Source of the DNA: Lentisphaeria bacterium
GTDB taxonomy: Bacteria; Verrucomicrobiota; Lentisphaeria; Victivallales; Victivallaceae
Reading direction: 5' to 3'
DNA length: 48,313 nt
Assembly: GCA_017414565.1 (NCBI GenBank)
Contig: JAFQLP010000021.1
Location: forward strand, 1-48,313
Shown: positions 34,041-42,274 of the stretch, piece by piece
Position numbering within the stretch: position 1 is the first letter of the stretch
Layout: each line of letters begins with the position of its first letter
Translations under genes and position numbers: made by a program
Notes under the pieces: generated by a model
Seen by the model: the letters and a program-made list of their open reading frames with translations, nothing else
The model's database searches: none
Told to the model about the DNA's origin: nothing

Positions 34041-35159
34041 ATGGAAAATGCTACGGAAATTCGTCAGCGGCTTCTGGCCGGCTGCCATCAGATCGTGATC
34101 AAAGCCGGGACCCGGCTGTTAACGGACCGGTCCCGAATCGCCCGGCTGGTGGATGGGATCGCGGAGGTCCGCCGCCGCGGGTGTCGGGTGTTGCTGGTTT
34201 CTTCCGGCGCGGTCGGTATGGGGATGCAGCAGTTGGGGCTGTCGCGGCGACCGCGTGATCTGGCGGCGGTACAGGCACTGGCTTCGGTGGGGCAGTGCAA
34301 ATTGATGGCTCTTTACGAAGAAGAATGCGCCCGTCACGGCTTCAAGGTGGCGCAGTTGCTGCTGACGGCCGCCGACCTCCGGTCCCGCAACCGTTATCTC
34401 AATGTGATGAACTGCATCAACGCGTTGTGGGAAAATGATGTATTGCCGGTCGTCAACGAAAACGATGCGGTTTCGGTGGATGAACTCAAGTTCGGCGACA
34501 ACGATTATCTGGCCGGTCTGCTCGCGTCGCTGACCGGGTCCCGGCTGACCGTGATCCTGACGACCGCCGAAGGGCTCTGCCGCCGGGAGAACGGTGTGCT
34601 GGGCGACCGGATATCGGTCGTGCCGCGGATCGATGCTTCGATCCGGGCGATGGCGGGCGGGACCGACAGTTCCGAATTCTCCATCGGCGGGATGACCTCG
34701 AAATTGCGGTCGGCGGAATTGGTCAATGCCTCCGGCGAATATCTGTGGATCGCCGACGGGCGCGGGCCGGATATCCTGCGGCAGATCATGGACGGCGAAG
34801 ATGTGGGGACGGTTTTTCTGCCGGGTCCGGAACGGATCTCCGGCCACAAACGTTTCATCCGTTTCTTTGCCGGGAGCAGCGGTACGCTGACGGTGGATGC
34901 CGGTGCGGCGGCGGCCCTGATTTCCCGCGGCGGCAGTCTGCTGCCCTCCGGTGTCACCGGGGTTTCCGGCAGTTTCAGCCGTGGCGATACGGTCGATATC
35001 GTAGCCCCCGACGGCAAATTGATCGCCCGCGGGCTGGTCAATTACACGGCGGCGGATTGTTTGCGGATCAAGGGGCTTCATTCGGCGGAACTGGAGGCGG
35101 AATTGGGGCATACAGCGGATGCAGAGATCGTACACCGGGATAATCTGACACTGCTGTGA
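34041..35159 (+). CDS. proB: Glutamate 5-kinase with C-terminal PUA domain
   Basis: GAGGG lies 7 nt before ATG 34041 (the track ORF starts at 34005). IVIKAGTRLLT...VSSGAVGMG...FGDNDYLA...PUA segment RGDTVDIVAPDG. Confidence 0.85.
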   Translation: MENATEIRQRLLAGCHQIVIKAGTRLLTDRSRIARLVDGIAEVRRRGCRVLLVSSGAVGMGMQQLGLSRRPRDLAAVQALASVGQCKLMALYEEECARHGFKVAQLLLTAADLRSRNRYLNVMNCINALWENDVLPVVNENDAVSVDELKFGDNDYLAGLLASLTGSRLTVILTTAEGLCRRENGVLGDRISVVPRIDASIRAMAGGTDSSEFSIGGMTSKLRSAELVNASGEYLWIADGRGPDILRQIMDGEDVGTVFLPGPERISGHKRFIRFFAGSSGTLTVDAGAAAALISRGGSLLPSGVTGVSGSFSRGDTVDIVAPDGKLIARGLVNYTAADCLRIKGLHSAELEAELGHTADAEIVHRDNLTLL

Positions 35160-35181
35160 TGCCGGAAGGCAGAAGTTTTTT
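35160..35181 (+). terminator. Weak candidate terminator after proB
   Basis: TGCC-GGAA-GGCA (only a 4-bp stem), then gaag, then TTTTTT. Confidence 0.25.
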
Positions 35182-35193
35182 AGGGGAAAAGAC

Positions 35194-35266
35194 TTGACAT
35201 TTTGAAAAAAACCTCTAAACTATGGTAATGGCCGGGATTGTCAGCACCGGCCGGTCCAAATATATT
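35194..35266 (+). promoter_or_regulatory. Two candidate promoters upstream of mreB
   Basis: P1: TTGACA (35194-35199), 16 nt, TAAACT (35216-35221). P2: TTGTCA (35238-35243), 17 nt, TATATT (35261-35266). A GGCCGG/CCGGCC hairpin (35230-35235 with 35247-35252) and the 10-bp palindrome ACCGGCCGGT (35246-35255) lie between and within them. Confidence 0.45.
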
Positions 35267-35285
35267 TACAGATAGGAACAACCCC

Positions 35286-36311
35286 ATGGGATTTCAGCGT
35301 TTATCAAAGTTTTTCTCCGCCGATATCGGTATTGACCTCGGTACTGCCAATTGTCTGGTCTATGTCCGCGGCAAAGGGGTCGTGCTGACCGAACCGTCGG
35401 TGGTGGCGATCATGGAAAATACCAATGCGGTGCTGGCGGTCGGGTCGGAAGCCAAAAACATGCTTGGCAAGACCCCCCGCAATATCAAGGCGGTACGCCC
35501 CATGAAAGAAGGGGTCATCGCGGTATTCGACATTACCGAGGATATGATCCGCTTTTTCATTCAGAAGGCTCTGCACAGTGTGTTCTGGTACCGGCGGTTG
35601 CTGCGGCCGACGGTGATGATCGCTGTTCCCTACGGGATCACCGAGGTCGAGACCCGGGCCGTCAAAGACAGTGCCAAACGGGCCGGTGCCGGTGATGTGG
35701 AATTGATCGAGGAACCCATGGCCGCGGCCGTCGGCGTGGGATTGCCGGTGGTCGATCCGGTCGGCAGTATGATCATGGATATCGGCGGCGGTACCACCGA
35801 AGTGGCGGTGATCTCGCTGTCCGGTATCGTCACCGCCAAGAGCGTCCGCGTGGGCGGCGACCGGCTGGACAGCACCATCATCCAATATTTGAAGAAAGAA
35901 TACAATCTGATGGTGGGCGAGCTGGCGGCCGAACAGATCAAGATCCGTATCGGTTCCGCCTATCCGGTCAACGATGATGCCAGAATGGATGTCAAAGGGC
36001 TGGATCAGGTCTCGCGGGTGCCGAAAATGATCAGCATTACCGGCAAAGAGATCCGGGAGGCGTTGCAGGAACCGGTCACAACGATCATCGAAGCGGTTTT
36101 GTCAACGCTTGAATCGTGTCCGCCGGATCTGGCCGCGGATTTGATCGACCGCGGGATCATGCTGGCCGGCGGCGGCGCGATGCTGCGGGGGCTGGATCAG
36201 TTGTTGAGCGAGGAAACCGGATTGCCGGTCTTTGTGGCCGAAGAACCGCTGCAGGCGGTTGCCCGCGGTACCGGGGTCATGCTTCAGGAAATCGAAACGA
36301 TCCAGAATTGA
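35286..36311 (+). CDS. mreB: Rod-shape-determining actin homologue MreB
   Basis: Starts at MGFQRLSKFFSADIGIDLGTANCLVY (AGGAA SD upstream). DIGGGTTEVAV. LAGGGAMLRGLD. Confidence 0.9.
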   Translation: MGFQRLSKFFSADIGIDLGTANCLVYVRGKGVVLTEPSVVAIMENTNAVLAVGSEAKNMLGKTPRNIKAVRPMKEGVIAVFDITEDMIRFFIQKALHSVFWYRRLLRPTVMIAVPYGITEVETRAVKDSAKRAGAGDVELIEEPMAAAVGVGLPVVDPVGSMIMDIGGGTTEVAVISLSGIVTAKSVRVGGDRLDSTIIQYLKKEYNLMVGELAAEQIKIRIGSAYPVNDDARMDVKGLDQVSRVPKMISITGKEIREALQEPVTTIIEAVLSTLESCPPDLAADLIDRGIMLAGGGAMLRGLDQLLSEETGLPVFVAEEPLQAVARGTGVMLQEIETIQN

Positions 36312-36318
36312 GGTCACC

Positions 36319-37212
36319 TTGAACTGGGATCTCAACGGTCTGGTGCCGATCGGTCCCGGCGACCGGGAGCGGTTGGAGGCTCTGGCGGCAGTTCATGCCC
36401 TGCCGGACTGTGAATGTTCGTTTGCCAATCTGCTGTTGTGGCGCGATGTTTACGGGGAACGGGTTTTGTGGGCCAATGGCCGGGCGGTTGTGGTCGAAAC
36501 GGTGAACGGCGGCGTGCATTTTCCCATCGGGCCGTATCTGGAGCCGCCGGAATTGCGGCGGCTTTCGGAGGCCCTGCGGCAGGCCGGATTCAGCGGTGAT
36601 TTTTACAGCGTGCCGGAAGCCTACTGCGAAATGTTTTCCGATGTGGCGGCGTATTTTGAACCCGTTGCCGATGAAGATGCGTTTGATTACCTGTACCGGC
36701 TGACGGATCTGGCGGAGATGTCCGGCGCGAGATTGCGCAAAAAACGCAATCTGGTGCGGCAGTTCGAGCGGAATTATCCGGATTTTACCGTGGAGCCGGT
36801 GGACCGCGGGCGGCTGCCGGAGGTGTGCCGGTTGGCAGATGAACTCAATGCCGGGCTGGCGCAAAGCCCGTTTCTGGCAGAAGAGAAAATGGCAATGGCC
36901 GCCATGGATACCTGGTTTGAAGCGGCCGGTCTGGGGGGATTGATATTGTCGGCGGGCGGCCGGCCGGTCGGTTTTTCGATTTTCAGTCCGTTGCCCGGCG
37001 GCGTGTGGGATATTCATTTTGAAAAAGCGGATCACCGGGTCAAAGGCGCGCCGCAGAAACTGGTGGTTGCAGTTGCCGCGGAACTGCTGGCCCGCGGCGG
37101 AGTGATGATGAACCGTGAACAGGATATGGGTGAACCGGGATTGCGGCAGGCGAAACATTCGCTTGATCCGGCCGCCATGTACCGGCGTATGTTGTTGAAG
37201 GTGAAAATATGA
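36319..37212 (+). CDS. DUF2156 (LPG-synthase C-terminal-like, GNAT-fold) domain protein
   Basis: SFANLLLWRDVYG...FDYLYRLTDLAEMSGARLRKKRNLVRQFERNY are family-typical segments as I remember them. The proposed TTG start at 36319 follows GAGG. GTG 36343 is an alternative. The track ORF from 36232 overlaps mreB. Confidence 0.7.
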   Translation: MNWDLNGLVPIGPGDRERLEALAAVHALPDCECSFANLLLWRDVYGERVLWANGRAVVVETVNGGVHFPIGPYLEPPELRRLSEALRQAGFSGDFYSVPEAYCEMFSDVAAYFEPVADEDAFDYLYRLTDLAEMSGARLRKKRNLVRQFERNYPDFTVEPVDRGRLPEVCRLADELNAGLAQSPFLAEEKMAMAAMDTWFEAAGLGGLILSAGGRPVGFSIFSPLPGGVWDIHFEKADHRVKGAPQKLVVAVAAELLARGGVMMNREQDMGEPGLRQAKHSLDPAAMYRRMLLKVKI

Positions 37213-37955
37213 ATGTGCGGTTGACGGGGAAAAATCTGGATGATATCGTGCCGTTTCTGCAGCGGTACGGGATCGCAGTGACCGATTCGGAGGAGGCCGG
37301 GCTGATCATCTGCCATGGCGGCGACGGGACATTGCTGCTGGCGGAGCAGGCATATCCCGGGGTACCGAAATTTCCGATCCGTGACGAAGGCACTGCGCCC
37401 CGTTGCCCGGATCACCATTACGATGCCCAGTTGGCGGCATTTGCGGCGGGACAGCTGGCGACCGTCCGGCTGCCGAAGATCGCGGGCCGGTGCAACGGCC
37501 GTTGTCTGAAAGCACTGAATGATATTTCCATTCACCATGGCGATATTACCGCGGCATTGCGTTACCGGGTGCGTATCGACGGGGAATTGTATGCCCATGA
37601 GATTGTCGGCGATGGCGTGTGTTTGTCAACGGTACACGGTAGCACGGCCTATTACCGGAGCATTACCCACGGGATTTTCCGGGTCGGACTCGGATTGGCG
37701 TTCAACAACAGCACCGAAGAGGTGGATCATCTGGTGCTGTCGGAGAAATCGCGGATCGAAATCGAGATCGTGCGGGGGCCGGGGCTGTTGACCGCCGACA
37801 ATGCCCCGGAGATCATCAAACTGGAGAGCGGTGACGTGGTCGAAATGTTCCAGATCGATGAAACTGCGGAGGTGATCGGGTTGGCGGATTTCATGTGTCC
37901 CCGATGCCGGGCATTGCGGCACCCCCACAAATTGCCGTTCAAAGGATATTTTTAA
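37209..37955 (+). CDS. nadK: NAD+ kinase
   Basis: CHGGDGTLLLAEQ (GGDGT)...NDISI...DGVCLSTVHGSTAYY. Confidence 0.85.
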   Translation: MNVRLTGKNLDDIVPFLQRYGIAVTDSEEAGLIICHGGDGTLLLAEQAYPGVPKFPIRDEGTAPRCPDHHYDAQLAAFAAGQLATVRLPKIAGRCNGRCLKALNDISIHHGDITAALRYRVRIDGELYAHEIVGDGVCLSTVHGSTAYYRSITHGIFRVGLGLAFNNSTEEVDHLVLSEKSRIEIEIVRGPGLLTADNAPEIIKLESGDVVEMFQIDETAEVIGLADFMCPRCRALRHPHKLPFKGYF

Positions 37956-37999
37956 GTTTTTAAGATGGAAAACATTATCAACAGAAGGATAGCAGAGGT

Positions 38000-39286
38000 A
38001 TGAAGGTTCTGGTTGTCGGTTCGGGCGGGCGCGAACACGCGCTCTGTTGGAAATTGGCGCAGTCGGCGCAGGTGGAAAAACTCTGGTGCGCCCCCGGTAA
38101 TGCCGGGATCGCGGCAGTGGCGGAATGTGTGGAGATCGGTGTCGGAGAATACGACCGCATGGTCGATTTTGCGGTGTCCCGGGAGGTCGGTCTGGTGGTC
38201 GTCGGCCCCGAAGCTCCGCTTTGCGGCGGATTGGCGGACCGGCTCCGGGAACGGGGAATCGCGGTATTCGGCCCGAGCGGCGAAGCGGCTCAGTTGGAGG
38301 GCAGCAAAGACTATGCCAAGCGTTTCATGAACCGGTACGGCATTCCGACGGCAGCATCGGCAACATTTACCGATGCGGAAGCCGCCCGTCTTTATGTCGG
38401 GGAACAGTTCGCCGCCGGAAAAAAAGCCGTGGTCATCAAGGCCGACGGGCTGGCCGCCGGTAAAGGCGTGCTGGTGGCGGAAGATCAGGCCGCGGCGGAA
38501 GCATTTGTCAGCGAATGTTTCAGCGGGACATTCGGTGCCAGCGGTTCCACGGTGGTGATCGAGGAATGTCTGTACGGCGAAGAAGCCTCCATTCTGGCTT
38601 TGTGTGACGGCAAAACCATTGTGCCGCTGGTTTCCTCCCAGGACCACAAGCGGGTGTATGATTTTGACTGCGGCCCCAATACCGGCGGGATGGGGGCGTA
38701 TTCGCCTGCCCCGGTGGTCACGCCGGAAATTTCCGCCCAGATCGAACGCGATATCCTGAAGCCGTTTCTGGCTGGTATCCAGGCGGAAAATCTGGATTTC
38801 CGCGGTGTGATCTTTGTGGGGGTCATGGTCACGGATGCCGGGGCCAAAGTGTTGGAATTCAATGTCCGTTTCGGTGATCCGGAGATCCAGCCGGTCCTCC
38901 GCCGGTTCGACGGTGATCTTTGCGAGGTCATGCGGCTGACGGCGGCCGGTCAACTGGATCAGGCGGAACTGGTGTGGTCGGATGATCCGGCGGTATCGGT
39001 GGTGGTGGCCGCCGGCGGGTATCCCGGCCGTTACGCCAAGGGTTTCCCGATCACCGGTCTGGAAGATGCCGAAAAAGATGGTGCGGTGGTTTTCCACGCC
39101 GGGACCGCGTACAAAGACGGTGCCATTGTCAGTGCCGGCGGCCGGGTGCTGGGCGTTTCCGCCCGTGGCAAAACGATCCGCGAAGCCATCGACCATGCCT
39201 ATGCCGCGGTGAAAAAGATCCATTTTCAGGATTGTTTCTGCCGCGGTGATATCGGGGCGAAAGCATTGGCCCGGATGGAAAAATAA
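38000..39286 (+). CDS. purD: Phosphoribosylamine--glycine ligase
   Basis: MKVLVVGSGGREHALCWKLAQS...ATP-grasp segments VIKADGLAAGKGV and EFNVRFGDPE. Confidence 0.9.
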   Translation: MKVLVVGSGGREHALCWKLAQSAQVEKLWCAPGNAGIAAVAECVEIGVGEYDRMVDFAVSREVGLVVVGPEAPLCGGLADRLRERGIAVFGPSGEAAQLEGSKDYAKRFMNRYGIPTAASATFTDAEAARLYVGEQFAAGKKAVVIKADGLAAGKGVLVAEDQAAAEAFVSECFSGTFGASGSTVVIEECLYGEEASILALCDGKTIVPLVSSQDHKRVYDFDCGPNTGGMGAYSPAPVVTPEISAQIERDILKPFLAGIQAENLDFRGVIFVGVMVTDAGAKVLEFNVRFGDPEIQPVLRRFDGDLCEVMRLTAAGQLDQAELVWSDDPAVSVVVAAGGYPGRYAKGFPITGLEDAEKDGAVVFHAGTAYKDGAIVSAGGRVLGVSARGKTIREAIDHAYAAVKKIHFQDCFCRGDIGAKALARMEK

Positions 39287-39289
39287 CCG

Positions 39290-40561
39290 GTGCAGAGCGT
39301 GGAGAAAACGGCGGCTGTCTTTACCTTCGGTTGCCGGCTCAATACCGCTGATACCGGGTTGATGATGGATCGGCTGGTGACGGCCGGATACCGGGTGATC
39401 GAACTGACCGATGGTTGTGATGCCCCCGATCTGGTGATCCTGAACAGTTGTGCCGTGACGGCCGGGGCGGAACATAAATGCCGCCGGATGGCGCGCCGGT
39501 TGCGGGCGCGGTTCCCGCAGGCGCGGATCGTCATTACCGGTTGTGCCGCAACGCCTCCCGGCGGGGAACATCTGGCGGCGGAGGGGATCGCTGATGCCGT
39601 GCTGCCCAATCCCCGCAAACGGGATCTGGCGGCCCTGCTCGGGACCGGCAGCGGCACGCTGGAGTCCGGGCCGGTGTTTCACGAACAGGCCTGCGGGCGG
39701 TTTCCCTTCCGCAGCCGCGCATTCCTGAAGATCCAGGAGGGATGCAGCAATTTCTGCACCTACTGCATCGTGCCCTATGTGCGCGGGCCGGAGCGATCCC
39801 GGGCTTTTGAAGAAGTGCTGGCGGATTGTGAACAGGCATTGGCCGGTGGATTTGCCGAATTGGTGCTGACCGGTGTCAATACCACCACATACTGCGACCG
39901 CGGCCGCCGGCTGCCGGATCTGCTGGCGGCGATTGCGGCCATGCCGGGGGATTTCCGGATCCGGTTGAGTTCGACAGAGCCGGAAATGTCCAACCGGGAA
40001 TTGATCGATGTCATGCGCGAAAATCCCCGGATCTGCCGGTTTCTGCATCTTTCGCTGCAGCACGGCTGCGACCGGGTCCTGAAACGGATGAACCGGCATT
40101 ACACGGCGGCGGAATACGCGGATTTTGCTTTGGCGGCCAAAGCGGCGATCCCCGGATTGTCGCTGGGGACGGATGTGATCGTGGGATTCCCCGGCGAAAC
40201 GGATGAAGATTTTGACACCAGCCGGGCCTTTATCCGCGAGATCGGTTTTGCCAATACGCATCTGTTCACCTATTCGCCGCGCCCCGGGACACCGGCGGCA
40301 TCGTTTCCGGACCGGGTACCGGCGGCGGTGGCAAAGGTGCGTTACGAAAAACTGGCAGGCGATGCCGCCGCCGCCCAGCGGCAATTTCTGGAGCGTTGTT
40401 ACGGTACGGATCTGCCGGTGATCTTTGAGGAGGTGCGTCCGGATGGGACCCAGACCGGCTGGAGCGACAATTATGTACCGGTGCGTGTGCCGGTCGGCAT
40501 GTTCCCGCTGGGGAAAATCGTGAAGGTTCCGTTTTCGGCCGCGTATGAAGGTGGACATTGA
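39290..40561 (+). CDS. mtaB: Radical-SAM methylthiotransferase, MtaB-like
   Basis: GTG start. N-terminal FTFGCRLN...NSCAVT...TGC. Radical-SAM motif FLKIQEGCSNFCTYCIVPYVRG (CxxxCxxC). C-terminal TRAM-like tail. Confidence 0.8.
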   Translation: MQSVEKTAAVFTFGCRLNTADTGLMMDRLVTAGYRVIELTDGCDAPDLVILNSCAVTAGAEHKCRRMARRLRARFPQARIVITGCAATPPGGEHLAAEGIADAVLPNPRKRDLAALLGTGSGTLESGPVFHEQACGRFPFRSRAFLKIQEGCSNFCTYCIVPYVRGPERSRAFEEVLADCEQALAGGFAELVLTGVNTTTYCDRGRRLPDLLAAIAAMPGDFRIRLSSTEPEMSNRELIDVMRENPRICRFLHLSLQHGCDRVLKRMNRHYTAAEYADFALAAKAAIPGLSLGTDVIVGFPGETDEDFDTSRAFIREIGFANTHLFTYSPRPGTPAASFPDRVPAAVAKVRYEKLAGDAAAAQRQFLERCYGTDLPVIFEEVRPDGTQTGWSDNYVPVRVPVGMFPLGKIVKVPFSAAYEGGH

Positions 40562-40574
40562 CCGGCTCTCCGGG

Positions 40575-40603
40575 TTGCCGGAATGACGATCCGGTGATAT
40601 ATT
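40575..40603 (+). promoter_or_regulatory. Candidate promoter giving a near-leaderless nadD transcript
   Basis: TTGCCG (40575-40580), 17 nt, TATATT (40598-40603). The nadD ATG at 40614 has no SD. The expected +1 is around 40610. Confidence 0.4.
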
Positions 40604-40613
40604 ATCCGGTGAT

Positions 40614-41267
40614 ATGAAAGAACAGAACAACATTCTCCGGGTGGCTTTTTTCGGGGGCGCATTCGATCCTCCGCACATCGGCCATCTGGCGGCGGCAAAG
40701 GCGGTGCTGGCAGCAGGCCGGAGCGATCGGGTCTGGCTGGTTCCGGCGTGGGACCCGCCGCATCGTGACGGCCGGGTGATGGCCCCCTATGAGGAACGGC
40801 TGGAGATGTTGCGGCGGTGGACATTGACGGAACCGCGGTTCGTGGTGTCGGACTTTGAACGCGAATACGGCCGGACCCCCTCCTACACATTTTGTGAATT
40901 GGAGGAGCTGGAACGGCGGTGGCCGCAGTACCGCTGGCAGCTTTTGATCGGCGGCGACAGTCTGGCGTATCTGCACGAATGGCACCGGGGCCGGGAACTG
41001 GCGGAACGGTGGGAGGTCCTGACATATCCGAGGCCCGGCGCGGCGGTCGATCCGGCGGCGTTGCGGCGGAATTGGCCGGAGGAAATGGTCCTCCGGTTGT
41101 CGGCAGGGGTGCTGGACGGGGAAAAATACGAAATATCTTCGACCGGGATCCGTAAAAAATTGGCAAAAGGCGAAAATACTGATACAGTTATTCCGGAGGC
41201 GGAGGCAGATTATTTGCGCCGTCGCGGATTATACTCCGCCGGGAATGGCGGGGAAAGGAAATCATGA
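40614..41267 (+). CDS. nadD: Nicotinate-nucleotide adenylyltransferase
   Basis: VAFFGGAFDPPHIGH (HxGH)...ISSTGIRK. Confidence 0.85.
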   Translation: MKEQNNILRVAFFGGAFDPPHIGHLAAAKAVLAAGRSDRVWLVPAWDPPHRDGRVMAPYEERLEMLRRWTLTEPRFVVSDFEREYGRTPSYTFCELEELERRWPQYRWQLLIGGDSLAYLHEWHRGRELAERWEVLTYPRPGAAVDPAALRRNWPEEMVLRLSAGVLDGEKYEISSTGIRKKLAKGENTDTVIPEAEADYLRRRGLYSAGNGGERKS

Positions 41268-41632
41268 ACAAACAGGTGACGATCGATCCGGCGGAACTCG
41301 CCGCTTTCTGTGCGGCGGAGTTGAGCGGAAAACTGGCACAGGATGTGCAGACTCTGGCTATCGGGGAACATTCTTCGGTGGCCGATTACTTCGTTATTGC
41401 GACCGCCACTTCCGAGCCGCATCTGCAGGCGTTGTCCGGCTATCTGGAACGGCAGGTGCGCGAGAAATACGGGGCCCGCGTCCATTCCGGCAGCGGCGAC
41501 AGTGCCAGCGGCTGGGTCCTGTTGGATTTTATCACGGTGATCGTGCATGTGATGACCGCCGATATGCGGGCCCGTTACAGTCTGGAAACACTGTGGGGCG
41601 GAGCGCGTCCTTCCGGTACGGAAACACGGTAA
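41264..41632 (+). CDS. rsfS: Ribosome silencing factor
   Basis: SSVADYFVIATATSEPHLQAL...WVLLDFITVIVHVM...Y.LE.LW is the typical RsfS/iojap pattern. Confidence 0.85.
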   Translation: MNKQVTIDPAELAAFCAAELSGKLAQDVQTLAIGEHSSVADYFVIATATSEPHLQALSGYLERQVREKYGARVHSGSGDSASGWVLLDFITVIVHVMTADMRARYSLETLWGGARPSGTETR

Positions 41633-41644
41633 AACAGAGGCGGT

Positions 41645-42274
41645 ATGAGCAAATTTTCCGGTAACGGCACCAACTGGAACGAATTTCAGTGGGAGCGTGA
41701 ATTGCGGCGGGAGGACCGCCGGATTCATTGTTATTTCCGGGAGTTGAGCTGTTGTCTGGATCTGCCCGGTGAAGAAGGGATGATCTACGAACAATTGGCG
41801 GCGCATCCGGGAATGGTTCCCGCCGGTTCCGATCCCGGTCACTGGCGGATGTGGGATTACCTTGATCTGGAGCCGGAGGATGAATCGGCCGCCGCCGATG
41901 ACCGCCGCCGCCGCAAACCGGGCGAAGAATTGATCGAGCAGATCGACAAGATCGCTGCCGGTTGGAACATGCTGTTCGCGCTCCGGTTGCGGGAATCGCT
42001 CCGCGAAGAGGGGCTGGCGGTGGGTTGTGCCATCGGGAAATTGCTGGGCCGGCTGGGAGATTTTGTCGATATCGACGAAAAAAAGATGCTGGCACTCAAA
42101 TTGTGTCTCGGCAAGCGGGCTTTGCAGGATTTGAACGATCTTTCGATGCGGCTGGACCGGATCGCGGCGGCCCAGCAGTCGCTGGCGGGCGATGCCGCCT
42201 ATCTGGGTGAAGCATTGCGGCAGATGCGGGAGCGGCTGTTCGATTTGCTGACCGGCTTGCGCGGCGGCAAATGA
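41645..42274 (+). CDS. Hypothetical protein, 209 aa
   Basis: GAGG SD upstream. Cytoplasmic and helical with an acidic/basic linker. I recognise no family. ATGA overlap with the next gene. Confidence 0.5.
   Translation: MSKFSGNGTNWNEFQWERELRREDRRIHCYFRELSCCLDLPGEEGMIYEQLAAHPGMVPAGSDPGHWRMWDYLDLEPEDESAAADDRRRRKPGEELIEQIDKIAAGWNMLFALRLRESLREEGLAVGCAIGKLLGRLGDFVDIDEKKMLALKLCLGKRALQDLNDLSMRLDRIAAAQQSLAGDAAYLGEALRQMRERLFDLLTGLRGGK

Noticed and set aside
37965-38003. A 12-codon upstream ORF (MENIINRRIAEV) whose TGA overlaps the purD ATG. It could be a leader peptide.
   Set aside because: No SD precedes it. The peptide has no regulatory-codon run. The 44-nt gap is too short for an attenuator or a ZTP-type riboswitch. 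It is most likely coincidental.
37952-40678. A 908-aa minus-strand ORF spanning purD, mtaB and the nadD start. It is the longest ORF on that strand.
   Set aside because: It is exactly antisense to three genes that have unambiguous family motifs. Its translation is low-complexity and R/P/G/H-rich with no recognisable domain. It ignores the intergenic boundaries. Stop-poor antisense frames are expected in GC-rich DNA.
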